Shown piece by piece: positions 27,276 to 39,700 of a stretch of 64,000 nt of DNA. Both the position numbers and the translations under genes were made by a program. Under the pieces are notes generated by a model. That model had not been told where the DNA came from and made no database searches. It was given only the letters and a program-made list of their open reading frames with translations. Each line of letters starts with the position of its first letter. Positions within the stretch are counted from its first letter, which is position 1. This DNA is from Rhizaria sp. SCN 62-66 (Eukaryota), in contig MEDY01000139.1 of assembly GCA_001724265.1 (NCBI GenBank), forward strand, positions 1-64,000. The letters run 5' to 3'.

Positions 27276-29429
27276 GGCAAAGTCGACGGTGCGGCCCTTG
27301 CCGTCGGTCAGCCGGCCGTCGTCAAGCACCTGCAGCAGCACGTTGAAGATCGACGGGTGCGCCTTCTCAACCTCGTCGAACAGCACCACGCTGTAGGGCT
27401 TGCGGCGGACGGCCTCGGTGAGCTGGCCGCCCTCGTCGAAGCCGACGTAGCCGGGCGGCGCGCCGATGAGCCGCGCAACCGAGTGCTGCTCAGAGTACTC
27501 GCTCATGTCGATGCGGACCATGTTCTTCTCGCTGTCGTAGAGCTCGGCCGAGAGGGTCTTGGCGAGCTCGCTCTTGCCACAGCCGGTCGGGCCGAGCAGC
27601 AGGAACGACCCCGTGGGCTGATTCTTGCGGCCCAGTCCGGCGCGCGAGCGCAGGATAGCCGCCGCGACGGCCTCGACGGCCTCGTCCTGACCGACGACGC
27701 GCTTGTGCAGGTGGTCGCCCAGCGTGAGCAGGCGCGCGCGCTCTGTCTGCGAGAGCTTCGTGACGGGGATACCGGTCCAGCGGGACACGATCTCGGCGAT
27801 TTGCTCAGGGCCGACGACCTCGGACAGCAAGCGCTCCTCGCGCTTCTTCTCGTCGCGACTCTCGCGCTCGAGCTCGCGTTCCAGCGTCTTGATGCGATGC
27901 TCCAGCTCCGGCACGGCGCCGTACCGGAGGTCGGCCACCAGCGCAAGATTCTTCTCGCGCTCGGCGCGCGCGATCTTGTTGCGTGTCTCCTCCAGCTTCG
28001 CCTTGACCTGCATCAGCGTCGTCACGCGGCCGCGTTCGGACTCGTGCTGCAGCTTGAGCGGGACGAGCTTCTCGTTGATGCGCGCGAGCTCGGCGCGCAC
28101 GGCGTCGAGGCGCGGGCGCGAGGCCTCGTCCTTCTCCTGCGCGATTGCTGTCTCCTCGACCTCGAGTTGGAGCTTGCGGCGCTCCAGCTCGTCGATGATC
28201 GCGGGCTGCGAGTCGAGCTGCACGCGCGTGCTGGCGCAGGCCTCGTCAACCAGGTCGATGGCCTTGTCGGGCAGGAATCGCGTCTGAATGTAGCGGTTGC
28301 TGAGCTGGGCCGCGATGACGAGCGCGGCGTCGCGGATGCGCACGCCGTGGTGCTGCTCGTAGCGCTGCTTAAGCCCGCGCAAGATCGACACGGTGTCCTC
28401 AACCGAAGGCTCGTTGACGGTAACCTGCTGGAAGCGGCGCTCGAACGCCGAGTCCTTCTCGATGATGCGGTACTCGGCCGTCGTGGTCGCGCCAATGCAC
28501 TTGAGCGTGCCACGGGCGAGCGCGGGCTTGAGCAGGTTCGCGCAGTCCATAGCGCCGCCCGTGGAGCCGGTGCCGAGCACGAGGTGGATTTCGTCGATGA
28601 AGAGGATGATCTGCCCCTTCGCGTCCTCGACCTCCTTGATGACGGCCTTGAGGCGCTCCTCAAACTCGCCGCGCATGCTCGCGCCCGCAATCAACGCGGC
28701 CAGGTCCAGCGCAAAGACCTGGCAGTTCTGCAGCGACTTGGGGACCTCGCCGCGCACGATGCGGGTAGCGATGAGCTCGGCGATGGCCGTCTTGCCGACA
28801 CCGGGGGGACCCACGAGCATGGGGTTGGACTTGGTGCGGCGCGAGAGGACGAGCAGCGTGCGGCGGACCTCGTTGTCGCGGCCAATGACGGGGTCGAGCT
28901 TGCCCTGCTCGGCCAGCTCGGTGAGGTTGGTGGCGTACTTAGACAGAGCCTCATAGTTGTCCTCGGCCGAGCGGCTCGTCGTGCCGGCCCCGCCCTTGGC
29001 GGACTTGATTGCGGCCTCAACCGCCTGCTTGGTGAGGCCGAGCTGGCGCAGGATCGATGCGCAGGGCTCGTCGTCGTAGAGACCGAGGAAGAGGTGGTCG
29101 AGCGCGAGCAGGGACGAGTTGTCGGCTGCCTTGTACTTGTCTGCGGCGCGAAGCACGGCGCGCAGGCCGTGAGAGAAGTTCACCTGCGCCGGGGCGGGAG
29201 TCTGGCGCGGCTGGCGGCTAACAAGGCCCTGGAAGGCGGCCGTGACGTGCGCGACGGGCACCGAGAGCTTGTTGGCGATGCGCGAGGCGATCGAGTTGTC
29301 GGTAGCGAAGAGCTCGAGCGCGAGCAAGGGAGAAGTGACGTCAGCGACGCCCAGAGATTCGGCCTTCTTAATGACGGCCGAGATTAGCTTGTTGGTGGCG
29401 TTGGTCGCCGTGTTGGGATCGTACGACAT
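26541..29429 (-). CDS. clpB: Cytosolic Hsp101/Hsp104-type ClpB disaggregase (962 aa, intronless)
   Basis: Clp N-domain, GKLDPVIGR, Walker A GPPGVGKT and GPTGCGKS, Walker B LFIDEIH and LFDEVEKAH, middle coiled-coil domain, RLIGAPPGYVG, GARPLKR, acidic tail, no targeting peptide. ATG at 29429, TAA at 26541. Confidence 0.96.
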
Positions 29430-29881
29430 GTTGGTGGCGTAGAGGTGGTTTGGTGTCAACGAAGACCGGTGGCTAGCGGGGTCTTGCTTGAGCTTCCTTG
29501 TGTGAGCTGTAAGAGGTACGGGGAAAGGATGAAAAGCGAGTGAAATGAAGATGTTAAAGAATGAGCAAGAGTGAGTGGATAGAATCAAGTCGGTAGTTCT
29601 CGATATGCACAGTGATCAAGACAGTTAAGGTCGTCAAGTGTGGTCGATGAAGATAAGCGAAAGTGCATCCCTTCGTCCCACGTGACTTCCTGGCGAGATA
29701 TTTTGGAAGTGCTTCGATATGCATGGCAAGAACGAAAGTCTAAGAGGTTTTGATTTGCGATTTGCATTTGACTAAAGTTTTTTGTTAGTATTGAGTCAAC
29801 ATCGATCGCAAATGACGGGACTTTTATTCGTTGTTTTAGTTTGTTTGTTTCCCCCGATTCGGGCATCCAAAATCGCCCGTT

Positions 29882-29910
29882 GTTCGGGACTGTTCGCGAT
29901 ATTCCAGAAC
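29882..29910. promoter_or_regulatory. Putative heat-shock element cluster upstream of clpB/Hsp101
   Basis: gTTCg-gGACt-gTTCg-cGATa overlaps aTTCc-aGAAc, giving alternating nGAAn/nTTCn pentamers (two with one mismatch) about 450 bp 5' of the clpB ATG. Confidence 0.4.
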
Positions 29911-30103
29911 ACGAAAATAATTTGTGGTGGAAACATCATCGCCGCCATGAAATGACGCATATCGCGGCTAAGATAGAAAGCGCTATGAAAAAGAATAACT
30001 TATTATTAACAATAGCAAACTGGCCATTCTGGTAGTACCATTAAATATTCGCTACACAAGCAGGAATCAGCGCATATCTCGTTAGATTCCATTGGTGCCG
30101 CAC

Positions 30104-31635
30104 TCATTTGTTCGCCACAGCCGCAGCCGGGGCAGCAGCAGCGGCGTCGGCGACGGCAGCGGAGCCGTCGAGCGGGTGTGCCTTGATGTCGTCCTTGATG
30201 ATGCGCGTCATCGACGTCGCAATCTCCTCGGCGTTCATATTCTGCCCGTAATAGTTGAGCAGGGACCCCTGGCGGTCCATGAGGAAGAAGAAGATCGAGT
30301 GGTCGACGTTGTAGTCGTCCTCCGCAGTCACGTCCTCGGGCATGCTGAAATAGATACGGAACTTCTTGGCGACATCGAGCAACTGTGCGAGAAAGCGAAA
30401 TGAACAAGCAGAGATGTCGAGTTACAGGAGCGAGGGGGAAGTGAGGTAATGTCTCTGTGCAGATATGATTTAGCTCAAACAAGCGTCAAATAGTTAAACA
30501 TCGCAGTTTGAAGCAATCTAAGAACGTGTTATGGACAGTTGATGTCATATCATGTGAAAATAATGAGATATCGCAGAATTTGCGCGTCTGTGTACGTACG
30601 GCGTCGTTGGGCCCCGTGAGCCAGCGGATGCGGGGGTGGTAGTTCTCGGCGTACTTCTTGAGCTGGGGCACCGTGTCGCGCAGCGGGTCAACCGAGATGA
30701 AGATCGGGCGGATCAGCGCCGCCAGCGAAGGGTTTTTCGCCTCAATCTAATAGAGGCGGAAGGACAGCAGAGCAGCGCAGAGAGAGGGACAAGCGCAGAG
30801 TAAGGAAAAAGATACCTAGTGAGAAACTGTATCTTGAATTCAAGCAACACGTGATTGAATTTGGAGTTTATAGAGCTCATGTAAGAGAGTGTAGTCATAT
30901 ATAGAATTGTAATGTTTTCATGAATGTCGAGCGTACCTTGTTGATGGCACGCATCATCTTCTGGAGCTCGGTGGGGCAGATATCGGGGCAGTGGGTGAAG
31001 CCGAAGTAGAGCAACTGGTATTCGCCCTTGTACTGGTCACTCGACGCGGGGCGCCCGTCCTGATCAATCAGACCGGTAAAAGGGCCACCGATCTCGATCT
31101 TGCCCGACTGATGCGTGACCGTGGCCGAGACCGACTTCTGCTTCTTCTCCGTGGTTTGTAAATAAAGGTACCCGCCGAGTCCGAGCACGAGGGCGAAGAG
31201 CAGCGGCGTCCACGTCATGCGCGCCTGCTGCGCCTTGGCGCCGAAGTTCATCGAGTTCTTCATCCGCTCCTCGTCCTTGGACGCGGACGCCGTCGCCGCG
31301 GCGGGCACGCCGCGGGCCACGGCCGCGGCCGCAGACGCAGCGCCGGCGGCAGCAGCAGCGCCGGCGTCGGCGGAGTCGCCCTTGTTGGCGTCGGCGGAGG
31401 AGAAGGCGCGCACGGGGGCAAACGCAAAGGGCGCGGGCAGCAGAGTCGCGGTGGCGCTAATGGGGAACGCGGCGGGGGCGCAGAGCATAGACGTGGCGCA
31501 GGTGGCGAGACGTGCATAGCGAGGGGTGGCGGTGGGGGTGATGCGAGAGGCTGCGGTGCTCGAGAAAGCAGCGATAGATCCGAGGGAACTGACGCTGCGA
31601 GCGCCAGCAACACGCGAAAAGGCTTGACGGAGCAT
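30104..31635 (-). CDS. SCO1: Mitochondrial copper chaperone SCO1/SCO2 (cytochrome c oxidase assembly); exons 30937-31635, 30600-30746 and 30104-30382
   Basis: Arg/Ser/Ala-rich presequence, one TM helix, IGGPF, LLYFGFTHCPDICPTEL (CxxxC), PIFISVDPLRD, YNVDHSIFFFLMD. Two phase-0 GTACGY...YAG introns. Ends at TGA. Confidence 0.95.
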
Positions 31636-32101
31636 GACAGTACGGGTTGACGCCGTGACAAGTCTGTTGACGGAAAGCCTCGCCCCAGAGCTTGACTTGT
31701 CAGCAAGGTTCAGTCGGCCATTGGTTGGAACGGGCTGCTTGCTGCAGCACGTTCGCTCCTCTCCTACTTTGGCGGGACCGAAAAAAGGGGACTGGCCTCC
31801 CAGCCGCAAACATCAAAAAATCGTATTGTGGTGTCTCCATGTCGTTTTTAAAGACTTTAATTATGTACTCGAAACAACATTAGTCCGGGTGTGCTGTATT
31901 GCAAAAGAAGTCGCACCCGTCGACGACGTGTGTGTGAAGTCGCCTAAATGACTCTCTTCAACAAGGGGGCAGTCAACGCAGCAGTCATCAGCCACCAAAC
32001 GAGCCTCTCACTCTTTCTCGCAATCCCTTTTTGTTTTAGTTTCTGTTTCAAAACATTGTAGTAGCACTTGGCTATCCGCTGTCTTCTCTTGCGCGTCATC
32101 C

Positions 32102-35100
32102 ATGCATCCCACGTCCAGCGCGGCGCGAGTGCCCCGCGTTGACGCCGCCGCTGCCCCAGAGACGGCGCTACTCGCCCTCTCGGCACGCCTGCTCGCGCCT
32201 GCCTTCGCCCCGCACGCGCTCCCCACCGCGCTCAGCGCCGCGCTGGCTTACTCCGGCGCCTCTGCCGCGCGTCTGTTCGCTGCCTGTGCCGACGACGACG
32301 CCGTGACGCGTCTGCCGGATTGCTTCAAACTCTCCTTGCCCTCCTTGCGGGGGGCTGCCTCTGCGCCGCTCTGCATCACCCCCGTCTCCGCGCCCGTCGC
32401 CGCCGCTGCACCCGCCGGCGCAGGCGCCGCGCTGGCCCTACGCTGCGTTGCCGCCGTGACCACTGAGGGCGCTGGTGATTCTGAGCTGTGCGTTGAGGAC
32501 GCTTGTGGTCTCGCTGCGACCTTACCACGCTGCGCGACCTCTGCCACCGCTCTCACCGCCGCGCCCGCGCCCGTGGCTGCTGTTTTCACTATTGCACTGA
32601 GCGGCGCAGTTGCATATCTTCCTGTCGCGTTTACCCCCGCGCGGCCCGGCTCCGTTGCGCAAACGGCCGTGTTGGAGCTCGTGTTACAGGCCCCGAAGAC
32701 TGCCGCGACCGCAGACGATGTGATTAGGCACCCGTTCGCGCGCACGCTGCTGCCGTCGCTCATCGCGCTTGCGCTCACGCACGCCTGCGCGCACCACAGC
32801 GCCGCTGCCAGTGGCGACAGCAGCATCAGCAGCAGCAGCAACAGCTGCAACAGCGGCAGCAGTGCGGAGGCCGCTGCCGCGCTTGCTGCCATTGACAATG
32901 ACAGTGCTGTCACATTCACGTCCTCATCGTCATCGTCACTCGCGCCGTCCTATGCATATGCATCATCATCATCATCGTCGTCGGCGGCGGCCTCGTCATC
33001 GATGAGCGTGCTGCGCGCCGCCGCGACGGCTGCGGTGCTGGCCTCTGGCGCCGCGAGCGCGAGCGTCTACTTGGTCGACGACGAAGCTAACGCGCTGTAC
33101 ATGGGCGCACGCGCCCTCCACCCGCGCACGATGGCTGCGCTGCAAACCGCTGCACAGCAGACCGCGCCCTCTCTGTCATCTACTGGAGTGGGTGCGCATG
33201 CGAGTGCGCCTGTGAACGCGAGGAGTCCGGTCGTGCTGGGTCAGGGCGGCGGCGCGCCCGCGCCGACCATCTCGGTCAGTGCCAGCGTCGTCGACAACGC
33301 TGTCGCGCAGGCCGTCCAAGCGCAGTCGCAGGCGCAACACAACAACGCGTTCGGCGCTGCTTCTGGTGAGTGTGCCGGCGGCACGTGCAGCCCCGGGCGC
33401 CACCCTGTGCTGCGCGGCAGCGAGCGGCCTAACTTCGATGCGGACAGCGAGCGCAAAGACAACAACGGCGGCAGCAACAGTGGGAGCGCGGTCAAACAGC
33501 TTCAGTACGGCAGCGACGACGACGACAACAACGATGAAGACGCCGAGGAGGACGACGAGGGGTACTGGCTGCCCGTCGGCTACAGCGGCGGGCTTATCGG
33601 CACCGCGGCCGCCACGGGCTACTGCTTCAGTCTCAGCGTGAACGGTGACGGCGACCGTCTCCTTAGCAGCGCGCTGACCGCGGGCACGGACCTCGGCGAT
33701 GACGACGTCGACGACAACGGCGGCGATCTGAACAAGAACAAGGCCGGCCCGGGCGTCAGTGTGACCGCGAACCGCGTGCGCGCGCTCTGGGCCGCCTACG
33801 CCGCCGCGCTCTGCCCACCCAACAACACGGTGAGCACCGCCTCTGCGCCAGCCTCCAGCAGCGCCAGCTCTGCAACCGCTGTCGCTGCTGCTGGTGGTGG
33901 GAGTGCGCAGGCGCAGGCGCAGCTGCTGTCGCACCCGTACAGCGGGCTGAGCGCGTCCCCGGGCGCCAGCGTCGCGGCGTGTGTGCGCAGCGTGCTCGTG
34001 CTGCCGGTGACCGACGCCGCCACGGGCAGGCCCATCGCCGTCATCGAGCTCACCAACGCACAGGCCACCAACGCCGCCGCGAGCGCGAACAGTGACGACA
34101 GCACCGGCTTCACGCGGGCGGCGCTGGTGGCTGTGCTGCCCGTGCTGCGCGCCGCCGCGTCTGCGCTCTCGCGCGCGCTGCTGCGGGAAGAGGCCGCGGC
34201 GCTGCGCCTGCACTCGCAGTCGATGCTGCGGCTGACCGACCTCATGAACACCGATGTCGGCACCAGCAAAGTCGTGCCGCGTCTTATCACGGCGGCCTAC
34301 CAGCTCGTCCCCGCTGAGCGCATCTCGCTTTTTCTTGTCGAGGACACCGCCGCCGCAACCACTGCGCTCCTTGGCAACAACAACAGTAACAGCGCAGACT
34401 CGAACAGTAACAACAATGTTGGTTTTGCTGCTGATGGCAACAGCGGCGGCGGTCTCTCTGCGTCTGCGCTGATCGAGACCCCTTCGTTCATGACTGCCAT
34501 GTCGTCCCGCGCGGCGCCCTCGGCTGGCTCCGCGTCCGCCGCGTCGCTGGCCGTCACGGCGGCGCCGATGATGACGGCGACGGGGACGGCGTCTGTTGCG
34601 AACGGCAGCGCGTTGCAGAACACGCCCGCGGTGGCGATGCCGCCGGGCGGCTTAAGTTCCGCGATGAGTGTCATCTCGACGAGCGCGCACATCAACAACA
34701 TGCACAACATGAGCGTCAATATCAACGCCAGCGCGCTGCCCATCAGTGCCAGCGGCGGCATTGACACGCCCTTGACCGCGCTTCACAGCCAGTACAGTGA
34801 CATCTTCCCCAGCAACAATATAAATAACAACAACAATGGTGCGACCGCTGCGAGCGGCGCGCTGACCATGGGTGGCAATAGCAGCAACGGCGCTAGTGCG
34901 ACGACGAAGCGCCTCGTGTGCGTCGTGTCGGCGGACCCTGCGATGCTTCTGCGGTCCATCCCGTGGGGCCAAGGCCTGGTCGGCTATTGCGCACAGCACC
35001 AGAGAGCGCTCAACATCCCCGACGCCTACGCGGACCCGCGGTTCGGGAACAAGATGGACCGCAAAACGGCGTTCGTCACACGGTCGGTACTCACGGTACC

Positions 35101-36745
35101 GGTGACGGACCCGGAGGGCAAGACGGTGGCCGTGATTCAGGCCATCAACAAGATCCCCCGTCGCAAGGCTCACCACCGCAGCAAGAGTAACATCTCCAAC
35201 AGCAACAACAACAATAACAACAATAATACTAACAGTAGCTCGTCTTCGTTCGTGGCTGACTGCACTCCTCGTCGCCCTCGCCGCAAGACCCGCGGCGGAG
35301 CCAGCGCCGGCGCGGCCACCGTCAGCAGTTTCCCTCTGCCGACGCCCGCGTTCACCGAGCATGACCAGAGCATCCTCATGGCGCTGGCCACGTCCGCGGG
35401 CATCATCCTGCGCAAGTCGTTCCTGTACCACCAGGCTCAGCGCGCGGAGCGCAAGGCCACCGCTCTGCTGGGGCTGCTGCGGCTGCCGACTCAGGGCCCG
35501 CTCGAGGATGTCATCCAGGGCATCGCGCGCATTGCTTACGCGGCACTGGGCGCTGACCGCGTGTCAATCTTCTTCGTCGACAACGGGTTCCTGTACCAGG
35601 CCGTGTCGCGCGCGGGCCACCAGTGGCGCATCCCCATCACGTCCGGCGTAGTGGGCTACGTCGCGCGCACGGGGCTGCCGCTGCTGATCCCCGACGCGTA
35701 CCAGGACCCGCGGTTCGATCCATCGTTTGACCGCACCACGGGCTACCGCACGCGCTCCATGCTCTGCATGCCCATCATCGACTCGGACCTCGCCGCCACG
35801 CTCGGAAACAACAACGTTGTCGTGGGGGCCGCCACGCGCGCGCGCTCCAGCAGTATTAGCTCCAGTCTCGGCGCGCTCGGCGGCGGCAGCGGCGGCGGCG
35901 ACAGCGTGTTTGGCAGCAACAACAACGGCTACTTCACCGAAGACGATGAGCTTGAGGCCCTCAACAGCCTTTGTTCCTGCGGCGCCGATGCAAACAACAA
36001 CAGTAACAACAACAGTGCCGGTGCTGGCGAGTGCGACGAGCTCACCTGCCCGCCCTGCACCTGCCCTCCCGGCGCGATCACCGGCAACGGCAACGGCCAC
36101 GGTCACGGCCACGGCCACAGCGGCGGTCACAGCCACGGACTGCCGCGCCGCAGTATGACTAAGCTGTCGCCGACCGTTGGGCCGCGCACGCCGTCACGCA
36201 CACCGCGCAACAGCGGGGTTATGGGCCCCGCCGTGAGCGCGCTCGTGGCCGCGAGCCGCGGCAGCAGCGCGGCGAGCTCGCACCGACGCCTGTCGTTCTA
36301 CAAGCCCACCTCGGTGCCCGACGGCGCGGCGGGCCCCGCGACGCACGTGTCGCACGACGACCTCGCGCTCTCGCACGCGCACGGCTTCGACAACGACAGC
36401 GACACGGAGCCCAGCGTCGGCAGCGGCCTTGGCTTAGGCGCCGGGTCCGGCTCTGGCGCTCCGAGCGCTGGCGGCGCCGGCGCCGGCGCTGCGGGCGGCA
36501 ACTCCGTCCCGGCGACGAACCGCTCGTTCACGGTCACCGCCGCGGCCGCGACGGTGGGCAGCTCACCGCTCTTGCGCGGGTCGAGCGTGTCGTCGGCGCA
36601 GTCGCCCGCGGGCCGGCCCCGCGGCCTCAGCATCGGCGGTGGCGGCGCGCCCGTCCCGCGGTCGCCGTCGCTCGCCACTGCCGCGCGGCTGCTGCAGACC
36701 CCGCGCGCGCTCGCCGCCGCCGGCGCTCCCGCCGCTGCAGCGACT

Positions 36746-36777
<32 letters not shown>

Positions 36778-39700
36778 TGCTGCTGCTAACGGCGAAGCTG
36801 GCAACGACGGCGGCGACAACGTGTCCCCGCTGCTCAGCACCGGCTCGCGGCGCATCACCGCGCCCGCGGCCACCCTCGCCGCCGCCACTGCCGCCGCCGC
36901 CGCCGCCGCTGCCGCCGCCGCCGCCGCTGCGGTGTCCGAGTGCCCGCGTCATTCGCAACCTCACACGCACGCGCACGCGCAGCCCGGCGGCGCGGGCAAC
37001 GGCCGCGCTGGCGGCGCGATCGTGCACGCGCGACATTGCCCTCAGCACCGCCGCGCCTCTGTCGCTGGCTCCACGGGCAGCCAGCCCGGTGGCGTCGGCA
37101 ACGGCGGCGGCAGCCAGTCGCGCGGGCCCGTCATCGCGGTCATCCAGTGCATTAACAAGCGCGGCAGCCGCACGATGCCCGACGACGTCTTCTGCGGCAG
37201 CAACTACGTGCAGGCCATCGCGGACCGCGTGATCAGCGAGCTCGCCAACGGCGGGTCCTCGTACACCGGCCCCAACAGCGCGCTGCGCAACGGCGGCGCC
37301 GGAAGCGCGTTCTCGTACGCCGCTGCTGCTGAGAACGGCGTGTGCGACGCGAATCCCAACGGCAATGGCATCGCGACGAGCAGCGTCAAGAGCGGGCTCA
37401 GCGGATTCGCCTCGTTCCGCCGCCCTCCGCCGCAGACGCAGTCGCAGTCCGTCCAGCAGCAGCAACAGCAGCTGCAGCAGCTGTCGCCCGCCAGAGCTGC
37501 GCTCGTCGCGCCTGCGCCGCTGCCGTTTGGCACTGCTTCACCGACCGGCAACGGCAGCGCCACCGGTATTAAGCTGAATGACATCGCGAATTTCGGGTTC
37601 GGCGACGACCGCGTGAGCAGCGTTTACCTGCCCACCCACACGTCCGACGCCGACACCGCCGCGGCGGCCTCTGCGGCGGCGATGGCGGCGGAGGCCACGG
37701 CGTTCATGCGCCGCGGCTCGCTCCCGACTCTGCCCACGCACACCGACGCCTATAACGACAACGGCGTCGTGGCGGTGAACGCCACCGAGGATCGCCTGCG
37801 CGACAACGCCACCGCGGGCACCAGCGACAGCGGGTCTGTGGCCGCACCGCTGCCTTTCAGCGTCGACAGCGGCTCTGCGGGCGCGCTGGCACTGCCCGCC
37901 GGCTCTCATCTGGCGCCGTCGCCGCCGCAGATGCACTCGCGCTCGCACAGCCAGTCAGGCCTGCCGTCGCGCGCCGTCGCGGGCTCGCCGCTGCCGCTTG
38001 CGCGCAACCCGCAGACGGGCGCCGTCAAGGCCGACTGGATCCCCTTCACGGCCGAGGATGCCGACGTGCTGTCGGCCATCTGCCAGCACTTGGTGCAGGT
38101 CGTGCGCCGCTACGCCACAGAGGTCATCCTGGACACGATCAAGGACTCGAGCAACGACGTGGTGTCGTCGCTGATGGAGCTCTACTCGCGCGACAAGAGC
38201 CGCTACGCGACGCCTGCGCTCACCAGCGGAACGGCGACGCCGGCCATCACCTCCGCGGGCGCCGGCGCCGCCGTGGTCGCGCCCGTTGCGCTGGGCTCTG
38301 CCAGCTTCAGCGTGCCGTCCTACTCGGGCGCGGCGGGCTCCTCCGCGGCCGCGGCGGCGGCGGCCGTTGCGGCGGGGCTACCCGGCGCGCGCTCCCGGAT
38401 GACGCCGCACCACCAGCTGCCCGGCTTCGCCCGCGGTGCGTCGGTGTCCGTCGCCGCCGCCTCGGCCGCCGCGTCCACCGCCGCCGCCGCCGCCGCCGCC
38501 GGGGGCGCGCTGGCGCCGACGGGCAGCGACGCGCTCGGCGGGCTCTCGGTCGCCGCCGCCGCGGCTGCTGCATATGCGCGCTCTAAGACGGCCAGCGCGC
38601 GCAACGCCGACGCCACCGCGGCCGCCGCTGCTGCTGCCACAGCTGCCACGGCGGCGGCGGCGGCACAGGCGGCGGCGGCGCAGGCGGCGGTCGCTGCGGC
38701 GGCGGCTGCGAACAACAACAGCAGCCGTGCCGGCGATGCGTCCGTGGCGGTGACGACTGACGCGCTGGCCGGTGGCGATGTCGCGCACTCGGTCTCGGCC
38801 TCCGGGGCCGCGGCCGAGGCCGGCACCACTGCGCCGTCCGTCGCCGCCGCTGGCCTCCACGGCCACGGTCAAGGTCAAGGTCAAGGTCACGGGCAGAGCC
38901 GCGGCGCGATCATGGTGCCGGCCAGCGCGACCAATGCGTCCGCGGCGGCAGCCGCGGCGGCGCGCCCGTTCCTGCTGCACAACAACAACGGCAACGACAG
39001 CCCCGCCACGGGTGATACCGGCAGCGTGAGCCTGAGCGGCAACGGCGTCGTCATCAGCACGATGCAGGCCGCGCAGCAGCGGCCGCACACGCGCCCCGTG
39101 TCTCCCGCGTCGTCGTCTTCCGGCGCTGCGTCAGTCACGCTCGCGGCCTCGGTCGCCGCGACCACGCTGCACCAGCACCTGCATCAGCACCAGCACCAAC
39201 AGCGCCCGCCGCGCACGGCCACGCTCTCCGGCGGCAACGCGCGCACCGCGGCGCTCTCGCAGCTCGAAAGCCGCGACAACAGCAGCGTGACCGTGACCGC
39301 GGGGCGCGCGTACTCGCCTCAGCCCGTCGCGGCGTCGGTCGTGGCCGCCACAGTCGGCTGTGACGATGCGCGCAGTCTCCGCGCGGGCGGCCGCGGCCAC
39401 GGCGAGGACTGCGTGCACGGCGGGCTCGCCAGCAGCGGCGACGGAGACGGCCACCTGGCCTCTGAGCTCGCCAGCGCTGACGCCGCCGACTCGGTGTATG
39501 TGCACGCGCCCTGTCGCGACGGCGACGACGGCAAGCTCGGCAGCGGCGACGCCAATGATGGTGATGACTACTACGACAGCATCAACATCAACACCGGCGG
39601 CGTCGCGGGCACCGTGCGCGGGTGCGACGACAACGGCCGCATCGACGACGACGGCGACGACGACAACGACAACGTGTCCGGCATCGCCGACCACCTCTCT

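Noticed and set aside
26526-29387. 953-aa plus-strand ORF antisense to clpB (likewise 7059-8606 antisense to ALDH)
   Set aside because: Mirror-frame ORFs expected from strong codon bias on the sense strand; no motifs of their own.
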